Shown here one piece after another: positions 47,995 to 58,047 of a DNA stretch of 64,000 bases (positions within the stretch are counted from its first letter, which is position 1; each line of letters starts with the position of its first letter). Source of the DNA: Pontiella sp. Its GTDB lineage: Bacteria > Verrucomicrobiota > Kiritimatiellia > Kiritimatiellales > Pontiellaceae. The notes under the pieces are model-generated. The model was given only the letters and a program-made list of their open reading frames with translations. It did not search any database and was not told where the DNA came from. The position numbers were made by a program, and so were the translations under genes. The stretch is from NCBI GenBank assembly GCA_050290185.1, contig JBNKHE010000009.1:1-64000 (forward strand), read 5' to 3'.

Positions 47995-50900
47995 ATGAAG
48001 AAAAGTTGTCTATTCATAATCGTTTGTGCCGTGGCAACGGCGCTGTATGCGGATCAACAGGTAGTCGACACGAAGGTTTACCGGCAGGAGGGGTCCTCGC
48101 TGCGGATCCTGGGCGGTTCGGTGGATTTGCCGTCTACCGGCATCTGGGTGACGGAACAGGACTCTAGCGAAGTCTATTTTGTACCTCCCGACGAGGCGGG
48201 GGATCAGCTTACCGGAAGACGCATGGGCGAAGTCCAGCTGCAGGAGCAGATCAATAGGGCTCAACGCGTGTTGTCCCAACTAAGCTGGCAATGCGGCAAC
48301 TATGCCCATGAACACGGCAATACCGGACCGGCTTCGATTGACGACATGGATGCCAATACATGCAGTTATTTGATAACGAGGTTCAACATGATGCCATGGG
48401 ACGAGGTTGACGGGCTCGTTGATCTATCCGGCCCTTATTATTATCTGGTTCCCCGTGTGCCGTTTGAATTCAAGAATCAGGACCAGTATTCGCGAGCGAC
48501 CAATCATGTTGTCTTGGCATTTGAGCTAAGGCCGTACATTGGCGATGGGAAGCATTGGGTCTGCTATGCCGACGGAACGTGTCGACGGGAGGAAATCAAT
48601 CTGGAACTGGTGGCGGAACAAGGACAGGAGATCCGGCCCGTATTCACGGAAAGACCGCAGTTTGGCAACCAACCGGCAACGTTTACCTATTCCATTCTCG
48701 CAACAAAACCCGAAGGAGCCGAGCTGGGAACGGAAACCGTTTCGCTCAAGAACATCTATACGGGGGAGCGGATGGCTGTTGCCTGGGATCTGCAAACGGC
48801 GAACCTCGATGACAAAAAACTTCTGGAACAACTACGGGAATACCAACTGGACGAATGGTGGTGCTATCTGCAGGTGTCGGATTCTCCGGCTCTGCAGACT
48901 TGGACCGCGTTGGTCGACAACGACGACTCCGGGATGCAAGGCAATCAGCGCCGCGGGGAAAGTACATCGATGTTCGGAGTAATGGGGGGGTATGCAGCGG
49001 TTCGGGAAACCTTGCAGATGCAGTTGATCGGTTCCATTAACAAAGTCGAGGAACGAACCGTGCCGATCGGTTCGGTGACCGGGGTGGAGGTAAAGTCGCA
49101 TCCGTACGGCGAGATGCTGGGAGACCGGCAGGGCGGATCGCTCGCCTTGGCCAATCTAGCCCCAAAAGACCACTTGTTCGTCTATCTGGCCAAGCCGGAA
49201 TCCATGCTGGCCATGCTGGGCTCCGGTGCCGACTTTGCGTCGGAATTGGGAAGCGCGATTACCGGCAACAGCATCAAGTATTATCTCAAGGCACGCTATC
49301 TAAAACGGTTGGGCATGGACGAGGAATGGCTGGAACGCCTTCTTGAATGCGGTGGCGTAAAGGAGTGCGCGTTGTTTGCGCCCGACATGTTCTTCATCGA
49401 TGGCACCGACATCACCGTAGTTTCGCGCATGTCCAATGCACGGTTGATCATACCCCTGTTGAAAGTCCTCGGCATACCCTCTCTGTCGGACCAAAAAATT
49501 GCCGAATTTGAAAACAAGGAAGGATACAAAACCTACTGGACCATACGCGACGACCTGCTGTTGCTAGGCACCAGCGAAAAGGAACTTCAGCTCGTACTGG
49601 ATCTGCACGCCAATGGCGGCGAAGGCAGCCTTGGGAAGAGCTCCGAATTCCGCTACATGTTGACCCGGTTGCCGGCCAGTGATATGACGCGTTGCTATGC
49701 CTATTGTTCGGATCCCTTCATCCGCCGCCTGGTCGGTCCGGCAACGAAAATCGGACAGTTGCGCCGGGTTGATGTCATCAACAAGCTGACATTGCTGACT
49801 TCAGGTGCATTGCTGGCCATGCAAGATGGTTTCGGCAAGGTGCAGTCGGTGGAAACCCTAAAACAACATGGATACCTTCCGGCGACGTTCGAGGCGGGGA
49901 ATGAGTATTCTCTTGATGCCAATCTGGTCGCCCATTCGAAGACCTATGGAACACTGGCCAATCTGGCACCCATTGGAAGCGTGCCGGTTGAAATGGTGAC
50001 CAAACACGAAGCGGAAACCTACGGAAATTATGTCCGGAACTATTCCCGCTTCTGGCGCCAGTTTTTCGATCCCATCGCATTCCGGCTGGACGATACGTCC
50101 GACGGTTCGCTGGAGGCTGGCGTGTATATCCTTCCGCTGATCGACAGTTCGATCTACGGCGGATTGCGGCAATTTGTCATGACGCAGGAAGATGGCTTTC
50201 CGATGAAGACGCCGGTTTTTTCTCCCGATCCGGTTCTGCGGTTTTCAATCAACTTGAAGGAAGAAGCATGGCAGGGTATTGCCGAAAGTATGTCGGAAAT
50301 GCTGACCCATTATGTGATGGTTGATCCGGCCATTCTCGATGATCTTGGATCCAGCATTCACTTGAACATCAACGATGGCGATCCCGTGGTGGCTTTGGGA
50401 AGCGGTGATATCCTGGGTGCATTCGGCGGCATGGCGAGTGGCATGAATGAAGATATGGTTATGATTCCGCTAGTTCTTTCGGTACTGACCCGACCCAGCA
50501 CCATTGCCATTGAAACCAGCGATCCGGAGAAGACCACCATGTACCTGCGCAATGCTGCGGATTCGGTTTCCGACAGGCGTTGGTGGGGAGAAGACATCCG
50601 GTCTGAAATCTACCAGATCGACGGGCGCGATTCCTGGGTTTGCCTGTTCGACATCATGGGCATGGTGCAGCTGCGCTATGGGCTCGAAGTCAAGGATGGG
50701 TTTCTCTTGATCCGTAATATCCCATGGTCCAGCAAGGACCGGATTGCAAAGGTTGAAACCGCCGAACTAAACGGCATGGGGCTGAAGGTTTGGCCGAGCA
50801 CATGCAACCTTCAATTGCCGGGACTGTTCTCTACTGCAGCGGAAAAGGAGCGTATGGCCACGTTGCAAGGCATGGGCTTCCTCTATCCGCTGGTCGCCAG

Positions 50901-51168
50901 TGGCTATACCTCCCTCGACACGGCCTTCGACCAGTACATGAACCTGTTTGGCTTTACACCCGCCCGGGCTTCCGGTGATCAGTGGACGTGGACCAATGCA
51001 ACCATCGAAAGCTCGCGCTATGGCTCCGTTTTCCAGAAACGGCAACCCGCCTACACGGGCGATAACAATTTCGGATTGATGGATGCTATTCAGGATCTGG
51101 CGTTGCAGATGCAGTTTGAGGAAACCGGCCTGCGTGCCACGATCAAGTGGAAAACCCGCCCAGAGTAG
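47995..51168 (+). CDS. Large secreted hypothetical protein
   Basis: Signal peptide MKKSCLFIIVCAVATALYA; ~1057 aa; KHWVCYADG resembles the ADG motif of prepilin-associated PVC proteins. Confidence 0.8.
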   Translation: MKKSCLFIIVCAVATALYADQQVVDTKVYRQEGSSLRILGGSVDLPSTGIWVTEQDSSEVYFVPPDEAGDQLTGRRMGEVQLQEQINRAQRVLSQLSWQCGNYAHEHGNTGPASIDDMDANTCSYLITRFNMMPWDEVDGLVDLSGPYYYLVPRVPFEFKNQDQYSRATNHVVLAFELRPYIGDGKHWVCYADGTCRREEINLELVAEQGQEIRPVFTERPQFGNQPATFTYSILATKPEGAELGTETVSLKNIYTGERMAVAWDLQTANLDDKKLLEQLREYQLDEWWCYLQVSDSPALQTWTALVDNDDSGMQGNQRRGESTSMFGVMGGYAAVRETLQMQLIGSINKVEERTVPIGSVTGVEVKSHPYGEMLGDRQGGSLALANLAPKDHLFVYLAKPESMLAMLGSGADFASELGSAITGNSIKYYLKARYLKRLGMDEEWLERLLECGGVKECALFAPDMFFIDGTDITVVSRMSNARLIIPLLKVLGIPSLSDQKIAEFENKEGYKTYWTIRDDLLLLGTSEKELQLVLDLHANGGEGSLGKSSEFRYMLTRLPASDMTRCYAYCSDPFIRRLVGPATKIGQLRRVDVINKLTLLTSGALLAMQDGFGKVQSVETLKQHGYLPATFEAGNEYSLDANLVAHSKTYGTLANLAPIGSVPVEMVTKHEAETYGNYVRNYSRFWRQFFDPIAFRLDDTSDGSLEAGVYILPLIDSSIYGGLRQFVMTQEDGFPMKTPVFSPDPVLRFSINLKEEAWQGIAESMSEMLTHYVMVDPAILDDLGSSIHLNINDGDPVVALGSGDILGAFGGMASGMNEDMVMIPLVLSVLTRPSTIAIETSDPEKTTMYLRNAADSVSDRRWWGEDIRSEIYQIDGRDSWVCLFDIMGMVQLRYGLEVKDGFLLIRNIPWSSKDRIAKVETAELNGMGLKVWPSTCNLQLPGLFSTAAEKERMATLQGMGFLYPLVASGYTSLDTAFDQYMNLFGFTPARASGDQWTWTNATIESSRYGSVFQKRQPAYTGDNNFGLMDAIQDLALQMQFEETGLRATIKWKTRPE

Positions 51169-54100
51169 TTATCTAACCTTCCATTCCTTCAGGGCGCAGT
51201 AGAGCACCGGCACGACGAAGATGCTGATGAGGACAACGAGCATACCGCCGAAGGAGGGGATGGCCATCGGTACCATGACGTCGCTGCCACGACCGGTGGA
51301 GGTGAGCACCGGAATCAATGCGAGGATGGTGGTGGCCGACGTCATTAGGCACGGGCGTACGCGGCGTTCGGCGGCCACCAGCGTGGCCTCCCGGATTTCG
51401 TCGCGGGTTTTGGGGTCGCTTTCGCGGAAGACCTGGTCGAGGTAGGTCGACTGGATCACGCCGTTGTCGGAGGCAATGCCGAAGAGGGCGAGGAATCCGA
51501 CCCAGACGGCAACGCTCAGGTTGATGGGATGCACCTGGAACAGGTCGCGCATCTCCATGCCGAACACACTGAAGTTCAGGAACCACGGTTGGCCGTAGAG
51601 CCAGATCAAAATAAACCCGCCGCTCCAAGCCACGAAGATGCCGGAGAAAACCAGTAGGGTGGTCGGTACCGACTTGAACTGGAAGTAGATGATCATGAAG
51701 ATCACAAACAGAGCCAGTGGCAGGATCAGCCGCAGGGTTGCGGCGGCACGCTGCTGGTTTTCATAGCTGCCGGCAAACTTGTAGCTGACACCGCGCGGAA
51801 GGTTGAACTCGTCGCTGTCGATCTTGGACTGAAGGTAGGCTTGGCACTGTTCAGCAACGTCCACTTCGGCATAGCCGTCCTTCTTGTCGAAGACGACATA
51901 GCCGACCAGGAAAGTATCCTCGCTTTTGATCACCTGCGGGCCGCGCACATATTTGATTTCGGCGAGCTGCGTGATTGGGATCTGCTGTCCGTTCATGCCT
52001 GGAACGAGAATCTTATCGAGCGCCTCGATGTTGTCGCGCAGCTCGCGGCTGTAGCGCACGCGCACGGGGAAACGTTCGCGGCCTTCGACGGTGGTGGTCA
52101 CCTGGCGGCCGCCGATGGCGATTTCGATGGTGTCCTGAAACTTGCGGATCGGAATTCCGTAGCGGGCGATGGCTTCGCGATTGGGCACGATTTCCAGGTA
52201 GGGTTTGCCGACGATGCGGTCGGCCACCACGGCGGCGGCTTGGACGGACGGCACCTGCTTGAGATATTTTTCGATCTGCAGTCCAACCTGCTCGATGGTT
52301 TCCAGATCCGGGCCTGTAACCTTCACGCCCATGGGGGCGCGCATGCCGCTCTGGAGCATCACGATGCGCGCGGCGATGGGCTGGAGTTTCGGTGCGGAGG
52401 TGGTGCCCGGCATTTTTCCCGCCTTGACGATCTCGTTCCAGATGTCGTCGGGTGTATGAATGTCCTCGCGCCATTGCCGGAAGGGCCTTCCGCGCCGGTC
52501 GGGAATCAGTTCGCCGTTTTCATCGCGGACAAATTCGCCGTTTTCATATTTGAAGTTGATGCGCCGTCCATTCTTGTCGGTCTTGTATTCCGGTTTGTAG
52601 TTGATGACCGTTTCGAACATCGAGATGGGCGCGGGATCGAGCGGGGTATCGGCCCGGCCGAGCTTGCCGACAACCGACTTGATTTCGGGAATGGTCTGGA
52701 AGGCCATGTCCTGCTTTTCGAGAATGTCGAGCGATTCGCCGATGGAGGCGTGCGTCATGGTGGTCGGCATCCAGAGGAACGAACCCTCGTCGAGTGGTGG
52801 CATGAATTCCTTGCCGAGCCGGTTCCAGGCTAGTCCGCCCCCAACGATCAAGACCACTGGAAGCATGAGGAACAACAGCTTGTGGGCTAGGCACCAGCGC
52901 AGCATGCGTACATAGAAGCGCTGGAACAGCGCAAAGAATCCGAGCAGTCCGCCAATGATGGTGGCCACAAAGATAAAGTTGAGTATGAAACCACGTTCCG
53001 GTCCGAGCGGTTCCCAGTAGTGGGTCAGCAGGATACCCACCAGCAGGACGGTGAGACCGATTGGCCAATGTTTCAAGAGGGTAGGGGCGACTGTCCCCAG
53101 CCGTCCGCGGCGTTCTGGGACAGAACGCCCTACCTTTTGCGGCGGCGCGCTCGGCGATCGCGCCCTACCACGAAAGAAGGTGTAGGCCATGATGGGCAGG
53201 ATGGTGAGCGCAATCACGATGGAGGCGATCAGGGCGAAGGTCTTGGTGTAGGCCAGTGGCTTGAAAAGCTTGCCTTCGGCTCCGATCATGGTGAAGACGG
53301 GCAGGAAGCTGACGACGGTGGTCAGCACGGCGGTCAAAACCGCGCTGCCGACTTCGGATGCGGCACGGTGCACGGTTTCGAGCTTGGATTCATCCGCAGA
53401 GGATTTACCCAGATGCCTGAGCACGTTTTCACAGACGACGATGCCCATGTCGACGATGGTGCCGATGGCGATGACGATGCCGGAGAGCGCTACGATGTTG
53501 GCCTGGACCTTGAACAACTTCATGCCGATGAAACAGAGCAGCACGGCCAGCGGGAGCATGGAGCTGATGACCAGTCCGCTACGCAGATGCATCACCATAA
53601 CCAGCACGACGATAATCGTGACGAGGATTTCCAGTGCGATGGATTTATTGAGGGTGCCTAGGGTTTCGTAGATCAGGCCGGTGCGGTCGTAGAAGGGAAC
53701 CACCGTGATCTGGCTGACGGTGCCGTCGGCAAGCGTCTTCTTCGGCAGGGCTTCCTTGGTTTCGGCGATCTTCTTTTTGACATTGTTGATGACCTCGAGC
53801 GGGTTGGCGCCGTAGCGGGCCACTACCACGCCGCCTACCGCTGGAGCGCCGCCCTTGTCGAGCGCACCGCGCCGGGTTGCGGGGCCAATCGTGACGTTGG
53901 CCACATGCTTTACGAGCACCGGCACATTGTCGGCATTAACCTTGATGACGCTGTTCTCGATATCCTCGATCTTCTTGATGAAGCCGATGCCGCGAATGAA
54001 ATATTCAACATGGTTGACCTCGATGCTCTTGGCGCCGACATCGATGTTGGCCGCCTGGACCGCCTGGTAGACCTGCTCGATGTTTACGCCGTAGGCGCGC

Positions 54101-54762
54101 ATGGCGTCGGGATCGACATCGATCTGGTATTCGCGGACGTAGCCGCCGATGGAACCGACTTCGGCCACACCGTCGGCGGAGAGCAGCCAGTAGCGCGCAT
54201 ACCAATCCTGGATGGTGCGCAGCTCTTCGGGATCCCAGCCGCCGGCGGGGCTGCCGTCGGGATCGCGCCCTTCCAGCGTGTACCAGAAAACCTGCCCGAG
54301 TGCGGTGGCATCGGGCCCGAGGGTGGGCTTGACGCCTGGGGGAAGGGTGCCGGGAGGCAGGCTGTTGAGCTTTTCGAGCACGCGGGTGCGCGAGTCGTAG
54401 AAGTCGGCCTTTTCCTTGAAGATGATGTAGATGGATGAAAAGCCGAACATGGAATAGCTACGGATGGTTTTCACGTCCGGAATGCCGAGTAGCTGGACGG
54501 TGAGCGGGTAGCCGATCTGGTCTTCCACATCCTGCGGGGAACGGCCCATCCATTGGGTAAAGACAATCTGCTGGTTTTCGCCGATGTCCGGGATGGCATC
54601 CACCGGGACCGGATGGCGCTCGATGCTGCCGAGCTTCCAGTCAAACGGCGCAACCAGCAAGCCCGTAAGGATGATCGCCACCGTGATCAACACCACAACC
54701 AGCCGGTTGTGCAGGCAGAAACCGATCAGTCGGCCAACAAGCGATTGTTGTTCGGGGGTCAT
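51169..54762 (-). CDS. cusA: CusA/CzcA-family heavy-metal RND efflux permease (Cu/Ag type)
   Basis: VDAIPDIGENQQIVFT, LGPDAT, EFMPPLDEG, RVRPCLMT, MAIPSFGGM. Confidence 0.93.
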   Translation of the reverse strand: MTPEQQSLVGRLIGFCLHNRLVVVLITVAIILTGLLVAPFDWKLGSIERHPVPVDAIPDIGENQQIVFTQWMGRSPQDVEDQIGYPLTVQLLGIPDVKTIRSYSMFGFSSIYIIFKEKADFYDSRTRVLEKLNSLPPGTLPPGVKPTLGPDATALGQVFWYTLEGRDPDGSPAGGWDPEELRTIQDWYARYWLLSADGVAEVGSIGGYVREYQIDVDPDAMRAYGVNIEQVYQAVQAANIDVGAKSIEVNHVEYFIRGIGFIKKIEDIENSVIKVNADNVPVLVKHVANVTIGPATRRGALDKGGAPAVGGVVVARYGANPLEVINNVKKKIAETKEALPKKTLADGTVSQITVVPFYDRTGLIYETLGTLNKSIALEILVTIIVVLVMVMHLRSGLVISSMLPLAVLLCFIGMKLFKVQANIVALSGIVIAIGTIVDMGIVVCENVLRHLGKSSADESKLETVHRAASEVGSAVLTAVLTTVVSFLPVFTMIGAEGKLFKPLAYTKTFALIASIVIALTILPIMAYTFFRGRARSPSAPPQKVGRSVPERRGRLGTVAPTLLKHWPIGLTVLLVGILLTHYWEPLGPERGFILNFIFVATIIGGLLGFFALFQRFYVRMLRWCLAHKLLFLMLPVVLIVGGGLAWNRLGKEFMPPLDEGSFLWMPTTMTHASIGESLDILEKQDMAFQTIPEIKSVVGKLGRADTPLDPAPISMFETVINYKPEYKTDKNGRRINFKYENGEFVRDENGELIPDRRGRPFRQWREDIHTPDDIWNEIVKAGKMPGTTSAPKLQPIAARIVMLQSGMRAPMGVKVTGPDLETIEQVGLQIEKYLKQVPSVQAAAVVADRIVGKPYLEIVPNREAIARYGIPIRKFQDTIEIAIGGRQVTTTVEGRERFPVRVRYSRELRDNIEALDKILVPGMNGQQIPITQLAEIKYVRGPQVIKSEDTFLVGYVVFDKKDGYAEVDVAEQCQAYLQSKIDSDEFNLPRGVSYKFAGSYENQQRAAATLRLILPLALFVIFMIIYFQFKSVPTTLLVFSGIFVAWSGGFILIWLYGQPWFLNFSVFGMEMRDLFQVHPINLSVAVWVGFLALFGIASDNGVIQSTYLDQVFRESDPKTRDEIREATLVAAERRVRPCLMTSATTILALIPVLTSTGRGSDVMVPMAIPSFGGMLVVLISIFVVPVLYCALKEWKVR
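53081..53168. repeat. Cluster of three GTAG-type REP palindromes, in frame inside cusA
   Basis: GTAG-GGGCGACTG-TCCC-CAGCCGTCC (+, 53081-53106); GTAG-GGCGTTCT-GTCCC-AGAACGCC (-, 53109-53133); GTAG-GGCGCGAT-CGCCG-AGCGCGCC (-, 53144-53168). Confidence 0.85.
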
Positions 54763-56369
54763 GGTTCAACCTTTTCCGGTTCGATTCCCTCGGCACGCAT
54801 TTGGTTGAGATATTCTTCGGGATCGGCAAGAAAGGTTTCTTCGCAACCGCCACAGCAAAAATAGATGCGCATGCCGTTGTAGTCGGTGAACTCGTTCTTG
54901 TCGATTGCACCGCCCATGACCGGGCAATGGGTTTGGGGTTTCATGGCCATTGGCGCGTTTTCACTCGGCATGGACATCATGCTCGGCTTGGCTTGGATCT
55001 GCAGCTCGGCATCGAGCTTGAAGTTGCCGCGCGTGACGACACGCTCGCCTTCGGTCAATCCCTCTCCCACGACATAGAAGTCGCCCATGCGTGCGCCGAG
55101 ACGAACTTCCCTTCCTTCGAAGGTTGGCTTTTCCGCATCGGGTTTTTCGACGTAGACGACCGCGCGTTTGCCGGTTTTAAGCGCGGCGGTGACCGGGATC
55201 AGCAACGGTGCGTTTTCTGGGGTTTCATTGACGTAGCCAAGCGACTCGGCGGTGACCAGCGGCATGCCGCAAATGTCGCAGGTTCCGGGGCCGTCCTTGA
55301 CGATTTCCGGGTGCATCGGGCTGATCCACTTTCCTGCGAGATCGGGGTTCATTACGCGTCCACCGGCGGCGATCCTGGGGCGTGCCACGGCGCGGACAAA
55401 CATGCCGGGTTTCAATTTGCCGTTGGCGTTGTCGACAATCACGCGCACCTTGGCGGTACGGGTGGCGGAATTGATGATCGGGTCGATGAAGGTAATGGTG
55501 CCTTTGAAGGTTTCACCGGAATAGGTCTCGGTCGTGAACTCGACGGCACTGCCATAGCGCAGTCCGTTTAGATCGCTCTCATAGGCATCGAGCTGGACCC
55601 ATACCTTGGAGAGGTCGGCGATGGTGTAGATCTTCGTTCCGGTCTGGACATACATGCCTTCCTGCGCGTTCTTGTGGATGACGATTCCGGAAGCGGGGGA
55701 GTAGATGGTCATGTGGTCGCTGGGCGTTCTGCGTTTTTCGATGTCCGCGACCTGCTCCTGCGTGAAACCCCAGAGGCGGAGTTTTTCGCGGGCGGCCTCG
55801 ATGGTTTGTTGCGCGGTTTCTGTCAAGGTGGTGCTTTGGCTGTTCTTGAGGTTGGTTTGAGTCTGGACGGCCTGCAGCAGTTCCTCCTGGGCGGTGAGCA
55901 GCTCGGGACTGTACAGCTCGGCCAGATGTTCGCCCTTCTTGACGGGGATGCCGGTGTAGTCGACAAACAACCGGTCGATACGGCCGGGCACCCAGGCGGA
56001 AATGTAGGAGACGCGGGTTTCGTCATAGTCCACCTTGCCGACCATGCGGACTTCGGAGGCGGCGAACTGGCGACGCACCTTGGTGGTTTCGATTTCCATC
56101 AGCTTGGCGGCGTAGGGGCTGATGCGGATTTCACGTTCGCCGAGGTCATCGCCCCCGGGCTCGAGCGGGATTAGGGGCATGTTGCAGATCGGGCAGAGGC
56201 CGGGCTCGGGCAGTTTGATCTGCGGATGCATCGAGCAGGTCCAGAGGGTGGTTTGCGGTTTGGAGTTTTTGGATTGAGGTTGTGGGGAAGAGGACGTGAA
56301 GCAGCCGCGCAGAATGAAACCGATGGCTAGGGCGACGACAATAGGCAGGACGATTTTAACACGTTTCAT
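54759..56369 (-). CDS. cusB: CusB-family periplasmic adaptor with two heavy-metal-binding domains and a C-terminal YHS-like domain
   Basis: WTCSMHPQI...CPICNMPL, WISPMHPEI...CDICGMPL, YSPELLTAQEE, LKPGMF, CPVMG...YFCCGGC. Confidence 0.9.
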   Translation of the reverse strand: MKRVKIVLPIVVALAIGFILRGCFTSSSPQPQSKNSKPQTTLWTCSMHPQIKLPEPGLCPICNMPLIPLEPGGDDLGEREIRISPYAAKLMEIETTKVRRQFAASEVRMVGKVDYDETRVSYISAWVPGRIDRLFVDYTGIPVKKGEHLAELYSPELLTAQEELLQAVQTQTNLKNSQSTTLTETAQQTIEAAREKLRLWGFTQEQVADIEKRRTPSDHMTIYSPASGIVIHKNAQEGMYVQTGTKIYTIADLSKVWVQLDAYESDLNGLRYGSAVEFTTETYSGETFKGTITFIDPIINSATRTAKVRVIVDNANGKLKPGMFVRAVARPRIAAGGRVMNPDLAGKWISPMHPEIVKDGPGTCDICGMPLVTAESLGYVNETPENAPLLIPVTAALKTGKRAVVYVEKPDAEKPTFEGREVRLGARMGDFYVVGEGLTEGERVVTRGNFKLDAELQIQAKPSMMSMPSENAPMAMKPQTHCPVMGGAIDKNEFTDYNGMRIYFCCGGCEETFLADPEEYLNQMRAEGIEPEKVEP

Positions 56370-57718
56370 GGCTGTTCCTTTTCGTTCGGGACGAGGTTGG
56401 AAAGATTGCTGTCTGCTGGCGCAATCACGTCTACCTTCAAGAAATCGATTCCAGTGAGTTTGCCGAGTTCCGCTCGGGCAATCAGGTGGTCGGCGAGGGC
56501 GCGCTCATGGGCCAGCTCGAATTCGAGCAGCATGCGTTCGGCGTCGATGAGGTTGATGAACTCCATTTTGCCGGCTTCGTAGCCCTGGCGATTGACCTCT
56601 AGCGACTGGTTAGCCTTGGGAATCAGACTCTCCTTGTAGAGGTTGATCTTGCGGTCGGCGTTCCGCAGCTTGAAAAGGGCTTGCTGCAATTCTGCTTCAA
56701 GGGTCTGTGCCCGGTTTTCCAGCATCAAGCGGGCTGCGTTTTTCAGGTTGGCGGCGGATGCGATGCGGGCATGGTTTTTGCCGAACCAGACCGGCAGGCT
56801 GATGCCAAAGGTGCCGATGACTGGATTTTTGCCGCTGTCAGCGACCGGGCCGGAAGTCTCGCCGGTGTCTATGTACATCACACCTAGGGTGAAGTCGGGG
56901 AGTCGCTGTCGTTTGGCGAGCAACAGCTGGTGGTTGCCTTGCTCAACCTTGAAGGCCAATTCCAGTAGCTCCGGGCTGGTGTGGGCGACGTTTTTCTCCA
57001 GGCGGGAGGGATCGACCGCCCGATAGGGCAGGGTCGATGAAATGGGAAGCGGGGCATTTGCTGGACGGTTGAGCAGGGCGTTCAGTTTTGCATCACGAGG
57101 ATGCTGCATATCCTTCAAGGAATTGAGTTTATCTTCGAGCCGTCCGAGTTCGACCTGGGCCTGCAGGACGGATGCCATCGATGCGCCGGCCGAATAGCGC
57201 GTGCGGGCAACCTGTTCCAGATCCTGGATCAGCTGGATGCGGTCCTGGGTAATTTCTATGCCGCGATGAAGGTAGTGCAGCTCGGCGTAGGCTTGTGCAA
57301 TGGAGAACTGCAGGTTGAGTTTTTCGCGCTGATAGCGTTGTTGGGCGCCGTCGGCCATGTCGGAAGCGATGGACTTCATGGCGGAGAGCTTACCAAAGCC
57401 GGGGAATTTCTGTTGCAGCCCGAAGCTTTGTTCCTGGGGCCCCACCTTGGTTTCGACCGACTCGAAATAATAGCCGTAGGTCAGCATGGGATCGGGCAGG
57501 GCTTTCTGCACGGTGATGTTGTATACGGCTCCCTGCCACTGGTGGTAGGCGGCCTGCAGCTGCGGGTTGTTTTCCAAGCCGTAATCCAGTGCGGCCTGCA
57601 AGGTCAGGTTGGTGCCGAAAGGATCGGCGGCCGCTTGCCGGGCAAGGAAGACACCAAGGCACAAAGCCAGTGCCGATGCTCTGGTGTTCTTCGTGAACTT
57701 CGTGCCTTGGTGTTTCAT
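56366..57718 (-). CDS. TolC/CusC-family outer membrane efflux protein
   Basis: NPQLQA, LPDP, PDFTLG, GYEAGKMEFINLIDAER; operon position. Confidence 0.9.
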   Translation of the reverse strand: MKHQGTKFTKNTRASALALCLGVFLARQAAADPFGTNLTLQAALDYGLENNPQLQAAYHQWQGAVYNITVQKALPDPMLTYGYYFESVETKVGPQEQSFGLQQKFPGFGKLSAMKSIASDMADGAQQRYQREKLNLQFSIAQAYAELHYLHRGIEITQDRIQLIQDLEQVARTRYSAGASMASVLQAQVELGRLEDKLNSLKDMQHPRDAKLNALLNRPANAPLPISSTLPYRAVDPSRLEKNVAHTSPELLELAFKVEQGNHQLLLAKRQRLPDFTLGVMYIDTGETSGPVADSGKNPVIGTFGISLPVWFGKNHARIASAANLKNAARLMLENRAQTLEAELQQALFKLRNADRKINLYKESLIPKANQSLEVNRQGYEAGKMEFINLIDAERMLLEFELAHERALADHLIARAELGKLTGIDFLKVDVIAPADSNLSNLVPNEKEQP

Positions 57719-58036
57719 TTAGCTGTCCTGCTTTGGTGTTTCTTTAGGAGCGGGAGCCTTTTCAAGCGCAATGCCTTGGGCTTTCATTTTCTTGATGTAC
57801 TTGTCCGGATCGGCCTTGATCTTGCCGATGCAGCCGGCGCAGCAGACATAGATGCGGTATCCTTTCACATCCACGTACATGTTCTTGTTGATCTTGTTGC
57901 CCGTCATGACGGGGCAGTTGGTCTGCTTCTTCCCCTGCGCCTGTTCAGGCGCAGCCTGCTTGTCTTCGGCGTATGATGCCATGCCGATCGTCACCGCGGC
58001 GATCAGCATCAGGGTTGCTATGCTTTTTTTCTTCAT
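57719..58036 (-). CDS. Small exported YHS-like metal-binding protein
   Basis: Signal peptide; QTNCPVMTG...YVCCAGC...DPDKY. Confidence 0.85.
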   Translation of the reverse strand: MKKKSIATLMLIAAVTIGMASYAEDKQAAPEQAQGKKQTNCPVMTGNKINKNMYVDVKGYRIYVCCAGCIGKIKADPDKYIKKMKAQGIALEKAPAPKETPKQDS

Positions 58037-58047
58037 GGTGTCTCCTT

